Of a stretch of DNA of 57,697 nt, positions 1 to 12,203 are shown in pieces. Below the pieces are notes generated by a model, which searched no databases, had not been told where the DNA came from, and saw only the letters and a list, made by a program, of their open reading frames with translations. The position numbers were made by a program, and so were the translations under genes. The stretch is taken from positions 12,260,720-12,318,416 of the forward strand of contig NC_079879.1 of NCBI RefSeq assembly GCF_029227915.1, in the 5' to 3' direction. The DNA comes from Hydractinia symbiolongicarpus. Its lineage: Eukaryota. Positions within the stretch are counted from its first letter, which is position 1. Each line of letters opens with the position of its first letter.

Positions 1-1165
1 CTTGATCGAACTTTGGACTTTGCCCTAGAACACCGGTACAAAATTAGGTTCTAGCCAATTTAATCTTCATCTGTGTGACATCTCTAATGATACGAATATC
101 TATTTAGCCTAATTGTCTCTCAGACTCGCAGGTTTTAACATCCATCTTCAATCATTCCTTAATTCACTGCCCACGTATTACTAACGTACAACATAATAAT
201 TTTTATACAGGTTTTGTACGATCCAACTTCCAACCTTAATCGAAAAGAGTCTATTGATCAACAAAGGAATTAATACTCTGAATGCTGTTCAAGCAGAACT
301 TATTCTGTAAATAACACTATTTCAAAAAAAGTAGTTTTTTATTTACCGTTTGTTAACGCTAAACATCGACGGATGCTGACAGTTTTATAAATGGAAATGC
401 TCCTTTTTGGGCATGAATAACGCAACATTTATGATTTGCAGAAAAACATGGCTGACCCTTGTAATAGAAGGTTATTTGTATTAAACAATTTTTTATTTAT
501 TTATTTTTTTATTTTTTAAGAGGGAGCAAGACGAGCAAAAAACATTTGTCGCTTAATTCACGTCTTATCGAAGTTATGAAAAAACTGTTCTACTTATGCC
601 TCCTGAAAATTTCACTAACTCAGATGTTAACAATTTTTATTTTTGTTTACTTATTAACCAACAGCAAACAGAGCAAAGAAGACTGGTTTTCTTCTTGGAA
701 GTCTATTCTGCAAGTTCTGCAAATAAGAAATTTAACAGGGCTAGTTTTATGGCCTGTAGTGTGAATGCTCAAAATTATTTTAGTTAAATTAAAAAGCCAC
801 TTGATCACCAATAGTAGTTCTTAGAAAATACAACAAAAATTTGTACGTACGAAAGTTACCCCTTTATCCTTGTTTGTTTTGCTCTGAATCTATTAATTTG
901 CAAAAATTACTACGTCTAAGGAATAACTAGACAGGATGTCAATTAACTTACAATTAAAAAAACTGCACAACATTGACATATACTTTATCTTTCATTTATA
1001 GATATATGTACATATCGAGAAACAAAACCAACAAAACCAGAAAAAGATCTGGAACATTGCAAAAAAACCCAAGACTTGCTGATGAAATCAGTCAGGCATA
1101 ATTTCATATTTGTGATATTTTCTTTCTTACTCATTTTGATTTCTCTTCAACACAACGACCATAAT

Positions 1166-2554
1166 TCAATTGACGATAATAGCAGGATTTTGCAGCGATT
1201 TCCTTCTTAACACCAACACTACAAGTCCAAAACATGACAAAACAGCTAGACAGGTACACACATACTCTAGTTGTGTGAAAGAGATGGCAGCTGTCAATAA
1301 CGCTATTAATTCTCCGAAACGCGAAAATGCCAATCTTATACTTTCTGTTAATGTTTGCACGCGAGAACTAGTCATCTTTGCCATAGCACCAATAAGAAAT
1401 ACATCATCAAAAATAACAAGAATTGCGAAAAGTATTGAGTAACATGTCCAACATACAATGTTTAGAATTAGGTTTGAGTTATATACTGCTAGCACGGTAT
1501 ACATAATTAGGATCAATGTGACAAACAGAGTACAAATCCAACTCATATATACAATTGAATGATCATTTAACGGTCGATACGTTATAAATAGTAGAAAAAC
1601 GACTGAAGCTATTCCATTTCCAAACACAATGATGTTGATTTCAACAACTCCCCAATTCATCAGTTTAACAATTGCTAACGGCAGCCAAAGATCAAATGAG
1701 ACCATGCAATACATGAACATAAATGAAGACAAGAGAACTATTAGCGTATCTGTATGCTTTAAAAGTTGTTTGAATACACAAATAACACTTTCTTTTTTGT
1801 TTTTTGATTTGTTTGGTAGCAACAGTTCATTACTTTCATCATCTGAGTTATTTACTGTTGTATATTCTGCAATCTCCTCACCAACTGTCTCTTGCTCTTT
1901 TAAATCATATTCTTTGGATAGGTCACTTACTAAATACGTCACTAAAATTTGATTTAATATAAAGACGACGGCTAAGCAACAGGCAGGAGCATTTGTGTAA
2001 GTGATATGTAACCAACTAATAAAAAAATCTGCTTTTACAAAAATAAAATTAATTCCTGGGCCTAGAACAAATCCAAGACCAAATGCCATCCCTATTATGG
2101 AAAGCTTTGACGATAGTTCGTCATCAGAATATGATCTAGCTAATTCACTACTAATAATAGATTTATGATACCCTCCCACACCTGAGATTAGTCTACCAAA
2201 AAATAAATTCCAAGGCGAGTATGGTATAGCATAGAGAGCATTTCCGATTGCAATGAAACAATTCCCAATTAGAAACATACTTGATGTATTTCTGTACTTA
2301 TCGAAAATATAACCAATAACAATTGATGCTGCTATCTGTGTCGTTACGTACACTGCAGAAATTAGAGCATAGAACAGCTTTAAATGAGAGGCTTTTAGCG
2401 TTTCTTCAAGATATAGCCATAAAGTTACAAATGTCAAAGAGTATTCCATTCCCAAGCAAGTATTTTGACATGTAAAGGCAATAAAGGTACGATGTCTTTT
2501 TTTATACCATTCTTTAAGGTCTTCGATGCTTATTTTTGGTGTTTCTGTTGTCAT
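1166..2554 (-). CDS. MFSD8: Major facilitator superfamily transporter, MFSD8/CLN7-like, single exon (462 aa, ATG at 2552-2554)
   Basis: Intact 462-aa ORF with ~12 hydrophobic segments. MFS signature motifs line up with MFSD8: 'GRLISGVGG' matches the loop 2-3 motif, 'IAASIVIGYIFDKYRN' matches 'MVASPIFGLWSNYRPRK', and the C-terminal 'LGFVLGPG' motif is present. Symbol assigned by recalled pattern similarity only, not a database search. Confidence 0.55.
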   Translation of the reverse strand: MTTETPKISIEDLKEWYKKRHRTFIAFTCQNTCLGMEYSLTFVTLWLYLEETLKASHLKLFYALISAVYVTTQIAASIVIGYIFDKYRNTSSMFLIGNCFIAIGNALYAIPYSPWNLFFGRLISGVGGYHKSIISSELARSYSDDELSSKLSIIGMAFGLGFVLGPGINFIFVKADFFISWLHITYTNAPACCLAVVFILNQILVTYLVSDLSKEYDLKEQETVGEEIAEYTTVNNSDDESNELLLPNKSKNKKESVICVFKQLLKHTDTLIVLLSSFMFMYCMVSFDLWLPLAIVKLMNWGVVEINIIVFGNGIASVVFLLFITYRPLNDHSIVYMSWICTLFVTLILIMYTVLAVYNSNLILNIVCWTCYSILFAILVIFDDVFLIGAMAKMTSSRVQTLTESIRLAFSRFGELIALLTAAISFTQLEYVCTCLAVLSCFGLVVLVLRRKSLQNPAIIVN

Positions 2555-3283
2555 TTTGGTTCTTATGGTTTTAAGATGATCTAAAAGGAAACAAAAGTAT
2601 TATTTTCAAAAATGACATACACTTTTGATATAATTTGGGCAATTCTGTAATATGTACAATGATATTCGTCAATTTGACTTTAAGCCTCCTTGGAGTGGCG
2701 AGGGGTGGAAGGGTGCTGGCACCGATAACGTCCTACCAAAAAGTTTGTTGTGTTCTAAATACATGCCATAAAACTGTATGTGCCTGACAGTAAATGTTAA
2801 CAATTTTATCTCAAATGATGACTGAAAAGAAAGACTTCTTCCCTCCAAAGTTAACTAACTTAATCTTTATAAATCAACAATATTTAACAGAGTTGTTGAG
2901 CGTAAATTAGCTCAAACTTAGAAACATCTTCACGCCAATGTTTGCCATACATCTAAGGCTCATACACACTTTGCTTTTTTTGTTGTTGTTGTTGATTGCA
3001 ATTTTTACATATTAAAATATGGAATTATTCTCAGTTTATTCTTCTCGGAATTTTTGTTTCCGAAATATGGTTTCATTTTTAATTCTCTTGTTCATAGTGA
3101 TTAAACGGTTTTTTTGACGCATTCGCTGCACTCTTGTCCAAGATTCCTCCAGCAGGCCAGGAAATAGTATTTTTCTCAAATTTTATTTGCTTTTAATTTT
3201 CCTACCTTTTAACTATTAATGGTGTTTTTAGTATGTCGTGATTGGTTTATAAAAATACTCATGTACGCGACACGTTAAAAAAG

Positions 3284-4020
3284 AGCGTACTATGCAATCC
3301 CTCCAAACAGATTGCATGCACAGTAGTACTGGAAAGTTAAATATGAACTTTTTGTTGCTTCATAGTCATAAAAAGAGTTACTGTGATCATTATTTGATTA
3401 CACAAAGGAGGGCGAATTATATTCAATAAACACAACGGATAACAACAAGGAACGAACAACTCTTACCAGTAACGGTAAAAACTAAAACAGGACGTTATTA
3501 CGTGACGTTCAACAAATTTTTACAAATTTTTACAATCGTTACGATTTTTAGATAAAAATTAAATTAATAACTAACCATAAACATGCTTCAATCATGCAGT
3601 CAGAAAAAGAGTCCCTAATTACCTTTTTATTGTCAATGTTGGTTGCTTGCTCGTGACTAACTAGCTTACAAACTAATCAGGTCCTAAATGGGAAATTGAA
3701 ACGTCATTAACACACGCAAAGTTTATTTTAAAAATCGGCGCGTGGGTATTCACATCAGCTCTGAACCATACCATTGCACCTGAGTGCAATGTGTTAACCA
3801 ATTGGGTTTTCGCGAGAGAAATGACAATTGCCCTTTCATTTATTTTGATTATAATGTGTGTATACGCTGTATGTACCGTCACCCGTTCAACCCATATTTT
3901 GATATCTATTGGTCTTTTAGATCTCTATAAGTCGTTTCGTGGGTCGACTCACAGATTCCTCAACATTGTTAGAGCCTTTGCCGTCCTTTAGCGCACCCAA
4001 AGTCCGCTGCTTTCTTTTTA
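3284..4020. repeat. Direct-repeat copy A (~740 bp, carries an extra ~200-bp internal segment) of a two-copy dispersed repeat
   Basis: Near-identical blocks shared with 5575-6105: 'agcgtactatgcaatc...cacagtagtac(t/g)ggaaagttaaat...ctgtgatcattatttgattacacaaa...gttggttgcttgctcgtgactaact...ttagcgcaccca'. Confidence 0.7.
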
Positions 4021-4540
4021 TGAGTAATTGTTTTAACTAAGCTATAACTCTTAATTCTAAGCAGATAACTTGGAGTTTAAGTGATTAAGATCTTCTCAAG
4101 CTAACTTTACATGGTGTTGAAAACTGAGGAAAGGAGACATTCTTCTTATATATATATTTTTAAGTTCTGTATACTTTAGGAGGTAAAGATAAAAAGTCAT
4201 GACAAAAGGTCGTCTTTTATAACACATGGTTATAACACATTTTATAACACAACAATCATGAATCCTTTTTTTAATAACCAGAAACTTTCCAATAGTTTAG
4301 ACCTCCATTGTCAAGGAAAGGACTTCTATTAGCTGAAATTTTTTCGTCAGAAAACTATTTTTCTAAAAAATCGGTACTTTCCTACTTAATTGCTTTAAGT
4401 TGCTATCCAAATGTTTTTGGTTATAAAATCATCACGTGTCGAATTCTCATTCTGTTTCCTGTGCTAGCTATGTCTCTGTGTATTTCAAAAAGAAAAAAAA
4501 TAAGCAGGCGTCATAAAAAAGTTATAATAGATAGATGGAT

Positions 4541-4874
4541 GTGCATATTTTACATGGCTAGCCTCACAAATATCGAGGGATATACCCTGTCTATTATTTC
4601 CAGGAGGGGCCATGGCTTAGATGGAGAGTCCTAGAGTTTAATGCTCATTTTGAGCTACACAGACCCAATTAGGGCCTGCGCTCTACTAGACAACTCCCGG
4701 CAACATCCAACGGCCCACACAGTGTGCCATATTCCCAATTTCCCTCATATGGCTTGGGTTAACCCGGGGCTATAGTAACATTCACTCGCCCATGTTGAAT
4801 CGCCGTCAAGAGGAATCGAACCCCGGTGTCCCGCACAGAGTACGAGAGCTATAACCACTAATCTACGGCGCCAC
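4541..4874 (-). mobile_element. tRNA-derived SINE, copy 1 (minus orientation)
   Basis: Reverse complement begins with a tRNA-like head 'GTGGCGCCGTAGATTAGTGGTTATAG...CCGGGGTTCGATTCC' (A box TAGTGG, B box GGTTCGATTCC). This is followed by a ~250-bp body ending 'CCTCGATATTTGTGAGGCTAGCCATGTAAAATATGCAC'. Collinear with the copy at 11926-12203. Confidence 0.75.
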
Positions 4875-5574
4875 AAATCCAGCATCAAAACCGGGTGTGG
4901 GGGTTTAAACGGGACATACAGCTAGTCTGATATAATAAAACGCTAATTCAGCGAGAAAAACTATTTTGTGGCTAAACAAAAAAATTTTTAGGCGAAGAAA
5001 AAAAATTAATAGATTTCTTAATCCTAAAACCTAGTAAAGTAACTAAAAACACGGAAATAACTATGTTTCATAACTAAATATCCATATTCCTTTCTATTGA
5101 TATTATACTGAACTTTCATTACTGCATGGGTTAAAAAGGAAGCTTAGAACTTTATAAACATCTCTTACGGCTAATAGTAATATTTTTTCTTGATTTGATT
5201 CGTTCTTTTACAACATACGTCCAGCTCCAGACGGTAAAGTTTGTGGTGATGAAATTTTATCAGTATACCCTTCAACAGCAAATCGCACGCCCATTATGAC
5301 CAATTTATCTTTGTTTATGAACTTGCTGATTATATATATCTTTACTCTGGATCCTATTAGCGTTAATAAAGTTATTTCATTGTGGCATATTTGTGTATTT
5401 AGTGCGTCGTAAGGCGCCCAAGAATCAAGGTTAGTAACACGTGGGAAATAAAATTATGCAGTGAAATAGGGCAAATGGCCTAATATTTGTAGAAGTGTTG
5501 CTACCTGTTAGTCTCGTGCTGCACATAATTGGTTGATGAAAATATTCCAGCATGCAGTACATTCAAATTAATAG

Positions 5575-6105
5575 CGTACTATGCAATCATTCTAAATAGA
5601 TGCACAGTAGTACGGGAAAGTTAAATCGTAAAGTTTTTGTTGCGTCATAGTCATGAAGAGAGATACTGTGATCATTATTTGATTACACAAAAGAGGACGA
5701 AATATATTCAATAAACAAAACGAATAACAACAACAAAACGAACAACTCTTATCAGTGACGTTTAAAACTAAAACAGAACGTTTATTACGTTACGATCAAC
5801 AAGTTTTTAAATTATTAACTAACCATAAAGTATGTTTCAATCATGCGGTTAGAGTCCCTAATTACCTATTTACTGTTACTGTTGGTTGCTTGCTCGTGAC
5901 TAACTAACTTACAAACTGACCCAATTGGGCAATTAAAACGTCATTACCATATGCAAAATTTTTTTCAGAAAGCGGCGCGTTTGTCTTTATTGGTTGTTTA
6001 GATCGCTATAGGTCCTTTAGTGGGTCATAGATTCCTTAACATACTTAGAGTCTTTGCAATCCCTTAGCGCACCCACAGTGCGATGTTTTCTTCTTTTTCC
6101 TCAAC
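5575..6105. repeat. Direct-repeat copy B (~530 bp) of the same repeat, same orientation as copy A
   Basis: Collinear sequence identity with 3284-4020. The two copies bracket a ~1.5-kb ORF-free segment that contains a SINE. Possible LTR pair of a miniature non-autonomous retroelement, or a local segmental duplication. Confidence 0.7.
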
Positions 6106-6569
6106 GTGCTTTCATGGCCCCTTTATGACTGGGAAAAGGAACAATTTGAAAAGCACTGATAATTATTTCGAATTTGTTGCAAAACGCAAACGCAGAAGGA
6201 AAAATGATTTTCAAATTAACAAGACAATAAACGAGAATTTTATTTCATTACTCTGTTTATTTATTTCATAAATTTATTTCATAAATCTGCGCTGTTCTAA
6301 TACTGGATTACGCCTTCTAGCATAATGCTAGAAGACATCGTTTTACCGATCCCTTTGCAAATTATCGTAAACAAAATGATTTCCAGACTGGTCCTGCCGA
6401 TATTTTGTTAGTTCTTTCAGAGGACTGATAATGTTTTTAAATATTTTTCGTAGACATTCAACAATTACAAACAAGTCCGCTCCTGTGACACCTCAGGTGC
6501 AGGATGCACAGGAAACGACCACTGAGATCTAGTCCAGTGGTTTAAAAAGAAATATTGACAATAAATGTC

Positions 6570-6606
6570 GAAGCTAATGATTTATTGACAATAAATCATT
6601 AGCTTC
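6570..6606. repeat. 16-bp-stem hairpin palindrome (gaagctaatgatttat / ataaatcattagcttc) with duplicated 'ttgacaataaat'
   Basis: Read directly as an inverted repeat. Confidence 0.6.
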
Positions 6607-7267
6607 ACCCTCAAACAAACGTTGTGGGTTTGAGTTAACGAAGGATGAAAATAAGTCCGGACAACTGCCCTGAAAACATGGCTTCATATGTCAACCGATA
6701 CTAATTGAACCATCTCCCCGATACGAGAGGTAAAGGAGAATTTCTTTTGACATTAACCCTGTCCCTGCAACTTTCCACTCAGAATCAGTTTTGTCATCGG
6801 TTTCTTCATCTTCACCAAAGTACCGCTGAATTTTGCTACCCCATAACAATTCAAATTCTTCTATCGTGTTATATTGAGCCTGCAGAAGACAGAGGTATTG
6901 CCAACCTTTTCAATTTTGTAAGGGCTTTACTCCCAGTTGCAAAATAGAAAAAATTAGCATTCACAAAGAAAGAAATAGACAAAAGTTACTGTAATAGATT
7001 GATAGACAAAAAAGAAAAAGATTATATACGTTATTATTAATGTCCATCCATGTGTCATTGATTTTTTTGATAAAAAAATATTCCAGGGAGGGGCCTTAAA
7101 TTTGCTTGTCGAAAAACTTTTGCGTTTTGTTGTTTTGAAATTTTCAAAGGCAAAAAAATTTCGCGAAAAGGGCCCAAAAGGGCCCGCGAAAGTTTCTACC
7201 CTTAAAGTATTTTAAACATTGGAGAAAACTCATTCATTTTACTTATGAATATATATCTTATGAATGT

Positions 7268-10200
7268 TAACCTAAGAATACAAACAATAGAATAAAGATA
7301 TAACAACAGAAAGACAATAGTCCTACATCCCCCATGTTCGAGTGCTACCCAATCGGATAAATAAAACAAAACAAAGATATCCTCTCTCCCCTAAAAGTTA
7401 ATCAACGTTTCCATGTCTCGGATTCAGGAACATATCGTAAAGGTGCATGGACATGCCGATGGGGTCGTGGTTTGTCAGGTGGGGATCAGGTGGAGTGTCT
7501 GGTGCATGTACCACGTCATCGAATACTACTGGAGGAGGCGCAACATCGTGTTTGCGAGACGATTCTTTATCAAATCGTGAGGAAGGATCGAAAGACAATT
7601 CGCATGGATCGTCAATCTCCAATTGTTAATGGTTGTAGTGGGCGAGCGTGATCATTCAGCAGTTCCAAGGTGCAAGAGAATCGAGGGCGCATAGTATTCT
7701 CCCGCTTTTTCCAAGCTTCACGCCAAGACGGTCGGACTGAAGAGTTCGAAAATTTGGCTTGTCGATTGACGAAAGAGAATGCTTCATGGATCAGTCTGCT
7801 GAAGACTACCTCCGCTGGCGAAATATTACAATTGGGATCTGGTGTGTTACAGACTTGCAATAGTGTGTGCAGGGAACTATAGTTTTCCAGAGATCCATTG
7901 GGATTAATATTTTCCACTAGGAGACGTTTACATTTCTTTACCGCAACCTCAGCTCGACCATTTGATGATACGCAATGACGAACTTCCCAATTCTTCAGAT
8001 GTGGTTGTTCCTCTGGAACTCCAGAAGTAGCAAATAACTTATGGAGGGCAGAAATAAGTCCGTTAGCCCCCGATAGGGCTGTTCTTTGTGGAGACTTGAA
8101 GACTTCGACTCAACCGGAAAGACAATCACCTGCCAGCAAGTAGTGAAAACCACTTAAATCAAAAAAATTTGTAAAGATTGATTCGAACGATGTCGAAGGT
8201 ACAGTAGCCGGTACAGAAAGTGTAGCTGCTTGTAAAGGGGCGTTTCGGTTGCACAATTTACAGTTTTGACGGATTGCTTGAATGTCATTCGTCATACCAG
8301 GCCAAAATACGATAGCTCTGGCACGAGATTCCATCGCTGATACACCTTGATGTGCTGAGTGCAAGACCTGAAGCACTCTACCGCGCAATGATGAAGGAAT
8401 GACAACGCGGTCTCGGTACATGATTGAGTCATCAAGTACATGAAGGGAGTCGCGGTACTGCCAAAATTGAGAAGCTTGACACGACGGGTACAGTCACCAT
8501 CCTCGAAACCGTTTTCAAGGGATTCGCGAAGCTGACGTATAGTTGGGTCTTTTGAAATTTCAGTTGCAATAGTGTCCCAGGATATGCTTATGAGGGATGA
8601 TGTGTTGTGGCAGATGGAAGCAGCGAGTATGTGCTCGTAGTCGTATGGTTCCTGAGATGAGTCGTATGCAGAAAAAGGATATCGTGATGTTGCTAAACCC
8701 CAAGCAACAGCAAGGCATTCGCCTTCGATCGGTGCGTACCGTTGCTCGGCAGGTGAGAGGAAACGGGATCCAGCGAGTACAATCTTCCTTCTAGTAGCAT
8801 ATAAATCGGGGAGTGAAACTTCGCACAAACAGTGCTTTTGTAGGAGAAAGTAGCCAATCCCCTGACGGGACCAATCAGGTCGCAAACAAGTCAATCTCGA
8901 CGGATCAAATATTCCACACCATGACGTATGACATTAATGATAATCCCTTCGAATGAATTGAATGCAGACTCAATTCCGGTGTCTATTTGAAAACGCATTT
9001 TGGGCTTAGGAAAGGTTTAAATGGGGACATCTCTTAACTGTGCGTAGTTTGAGACTTGGTTTACGAGCCCAAACCAGCTTTGTATGTCGGTAGCCGACTG
9101 TGGTGTAGGAAAATTACAAGTAACGTCAATGTACTTTGGAAGTGGCTCGATCGAAGTGTCAGGTATACGAAATCCATCGAAGTCAACCGTCTTGGATGCA
9201 AACTGGAATTTATCCGGATTAAGGACAGTACCGGATTGACCGATGCGAAGGAGGAACTTCATCGTCGGTCATCATCATAATGGAGCGTGTCGTCCACAAT
9301 ACGTTCTTTGCGTTCAAAATCCAAGAGCCATCGCCATCCCTCGAACCAACGAAACCTTGTGGTGTAGTATGATATCTCTATCTTCCAAACGGCGTTATAA
9401 AAGTAATTACGTGTTGAATGTTGACGCAGATAAGTATTCGAGAAGTCATTTTTTCATGCGTGTGTTGTTTTCAGGACAGCATTCAAACGGAAGTTTCTTA
9501 GGAAGTTCCGGTACCATGGTGCAAGGTGGGCACGAACATGTTTCTCCAGGGAGTTCATAAGGTTTCGAACAGCCGGCATTTATGGTCCATTGAAGGTCAC
9601 TTCGTATTTCAGTTGGCACAGTATCTGGTGAAGATGATGAGACATTCGGGAAGTCTTTAGAAACGACATCAAGGTCCTTCATGGCCTAAAACAAGAGGTA
9701 AGACCCTCAGCATGCTTACTGACATAGGCGATTGTAGTACAGTTGTCTATAGTGCCTTCTGCAGCAGTCAAGCGCAATCTTATGGTGATACTTCCCTCAA
9801 TCGATATTGGTGATTTGTTAGCTGCAACTTCTGTGGAAAACCCAACCTTGATAAACTCCTGCAACGACCATAAGCATGCTTGTGCACCACAATCGATAAG
9901 GGCTGTGATCGTGGTAGAGCTTACATTAGGACATTTGCGTTTGAAGTGTTTATAATCAGATGGAAGTGTATATAGCTCCAGTAGTACAGTTGGATGATCC
10001 ATAAATCGGGATCTACGCCATTGTCCTTTAGTAAAAATGCTATGACCGAGTGCAAGATCTTAGGAACGCATTGAAGATACTTGTGAAAAGATGGCTCCTG
10101 TCTCTCCTGGTTGCTCGTTAATGTTGTTGCGATTTGGGCAACGTTTGTTTCGATTAATCCCGTAGCAGTCAATGCACTGGCGATGTGGTTTCGGATTCCA

Positions 10201-10425
10201 CCCCGATCTCCCTTCTGAGAACAGTGAAAAAGGCTTACCGCATCTGGGCATGGGATAGACCGGTTCCGTTGGGGGGCGTTATTTCCCTCCATGGTTTTCT
10301 TCTGATGCTTGACGGATGAAATGCTACCAGAAGATGTGCTGGCTGGAAGCGATGGAAAAACCTAAGAATACAAACAGTAGAAAAAAGATATAACAACAGA
10401 AAGACAATAGTCCTACAAACATTAG
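7268..10425 (-). mobile_element. Degenerate LTR retrotransposon remnant (Ty3/gypsy- or BEL/Pao-like, order gag-PR-RT-RH-INT on the minus strand) flanked by 66-bp direct repeats
   Basis: The direct repeat 'aacctaagaatacaaaca(a/g)tagaa(t/a)aaagatataacaacagaaagacaatagtcctaca' sits at 7268-7333 and 10360-10425. Internal minus-strand ORF fragments are: gag zinc-knuckle remnants (10060-10292, 'CGKP..' and 'GIRNHIAS' in different frames); a PR-like 'IDCGAQ' (9679-10002); RT ('LNPDKFQF...FDGFRI...') at 9017-9262; RNase H ('APIEGECLAVAWGL') at 8292-8894; integrase HHCC ('HSAHQGVSAMESRARAIVFWPGMTNDIQAIRQNCKLCNRNAP') at 8110-8421. Confidence 0.7.
7398..10292 (-). pseudogene. gag-pol pseudogene of the LTR element (multiple frameshifts)
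   Basis: The domains above are spread over at least 6 different minus-strand ORF fragments. The plus-strand ORFs in this interval (8597-8794, 9243-9560 and others) are antisense artefacts. Confidence 0.65.
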
Positions 10426-11269
10426 ACCTATAAAAAGAACACAATTCAGGCTACACTTTTCTCTTTGAAAACTGACCTAAATTAGGAAATCAGTAAAGGT
10501 AACCCCAGTAGTGAAATACTTTAGATTTGAAAACAGCGAAAAAAATGTGTGTATGTCATTGTATTGATTTATATTTGGACAGGTAAAAAAGTGGCTTAAC
10601 AATACTAATCAGCTAATGTCAAACCCATTAAAACTGTAACTACATTTCTAAATGCATTAAGAAGGTTTTGACCTTATCTGGTATTATCCGGCATTTACAG
10701 CTCATTCTAATAGATAACCATAGCACAACATCCTTAGTTATAGGTTATAACTAAAGCTAAGTAGCAAATTAAATTTTGTTTTTTGACCAAGCAGAAAGAA
10801 ATAATTTTCATAACAAAAGAATTCAATTACGTGAGAATAGTAAAAAACCATCTCGCCTAACCCCCTTTGTTAACTGTTTATATGGAGTTTTAAATTCCTT
10901 TAAAAATAGGACTTAAACAAGATCACGGCAAACGGGCTGGCCCTGCTGCCGGACTGGGACTGGCTTGTCTTCCATATAAACAGCCTTTTGTAATGATTTT
11001 GTGGATGATGCCACAGCTTTACGTTGGTCGTCCGGAGTAAACAAGACAAACGCTCTTGTTGCCTCCCTAAGCCCTGACTATTTTAAAAATGTTTACAACA
11101 ACAGGATGTAGTCCAGAGTGCAAGACAACATGTCTAGTTAGCTGTACACAAATTTAATGAGGTGGGACGGGAAGAAGTTTTCTTCAAGTCCTTCCGTGAC
11201 GGAACGGGTTTTGTTATGGTAGCTGATTACTAATAAAGTTTCATTTACTGTTTTGTAACTGAGAAACCT

Positions 11270-11680
11270 AGCATATTTTACATGGCTGGCCTCACAAATA
11301 TCGAGGGGATATACCCTGTTAGACTATTATCAAGTGTAGATTGATGCCTTCTGATTTATTCTACTTAATTTACAGCCCTAAAAATGCTGTATTATGGTAA
11401 AATGGACTGAATAACTTTGCTTCACCTAGTGCCCCCATCTTTTTTCCTGCCACCCAGATACCAGAGCTAAAAGAAGAGCTTACCACTGAAAATGTAAACA
11501 AAGAAATTCATCTATAACTCCCTGCAACATCTAACAGTCCATTTATTGTGCCATGCCATCTCCCCAATTTCTCTCACATGTCCTGCTGGGTTAGCTTTTG
11601 GGACTATGGGACCAGGGGGAATCGAACCCCAGTCGTCTGCACAAAGTGAGAGAGTTAAGCTATAGAACACTTTCTGTGTG
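11270..11680 (-). mobile_element. tRNA-derived SINE, copy 2 (minus orientation, divergent body with a ~190-bp different internal segment)
   Basis: Shares the 3' tail 'catggctggcctcacaaatatcgaggggatataccctgt' and the 5' tRNA-like region '...gggggaatcgaaccccag...' with copies 1 and 3. The head is degraded. Confidence 0.6.
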
Positions 11681-11925
11681 ACGTAGTTGTTTTGATTTTA
11701 CTTTGAGAACACTGTAGCTGAAAAACCCGTCCCACACAATGTAAAATGGTTGTTAATATAGATTAAATAGTTTTTGCATAGCATAAGATCCAAGAGGAAC
11801 TTGAATTAAATTTTAACTATATCCTAATTCTTCTTAAAAAACTTTATCAATTTTTAGCAAATTTTTTTTGATTGATTTCTCTGATTACTGTGATCTGTTG
11901 TTTAGATCTTCCACCTACAGAAATT

Positions 11926-12203
11926 GTGGCACCGTAGCGTAGTGGTTATAACTCTCCTACTTAGTGTGAGAGAGACCGGGGTTTAATTCCCTTTGGTGGC
12001 GATTCAATATGGGCAAGTGAGTGTTACCATAGCCCCAGGTTAACCCAAGCCATGTGAGGGAAATTGGGGAGATGGCGCAATGTGTGGGCTGTTAGATGAG
12101 CATTAAATACTCTAGGACTCCCCATCTAAACCGTGACACCTCCTGGGAATGATAACAGGGTATATCCCTCAATATTTGTGAGGCTCCATTTTAAATATGC
12201 ACA
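11926..12203 (+). mobile_element. tRNA-derived SINE, copy 3 (plus orientation)
   Basis: 'GTGGCACCGTAGCGTAGTGGTTATAACTCTCCTACTTAGTGTGAGAGAGACCGGGGTTTAATTCCC' (A/B boxes), followed by a body collinear with the reverse complement of 4541-4874. Ends '...cctcaatatttgtgaggctccattttaaatatgcaca'. Confidence 0.75.

Noticed and set aside
4308-4634. 108-aa ORF
   Set aside because: Low-complexity, runs into the SINE, with no coding signature.
4800-4874. tRNA-like sequence (also at 11926-12000); considered as bona fide tRNA genes
   Set aside because: The acceptor and T stems are imperfect, and each is fused to a ~250-bp shared body. These are the heads of a tRNA-derived SINE, not tRNA genes.
8597-9560. 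Plus-strand ORFs (8597-8794, 9243-9560 and others) inside the LTR element
   Set aside because: They are antisense to a recognisable minus-strand pol (RT/RH/INT motifs), so they are artefactual.
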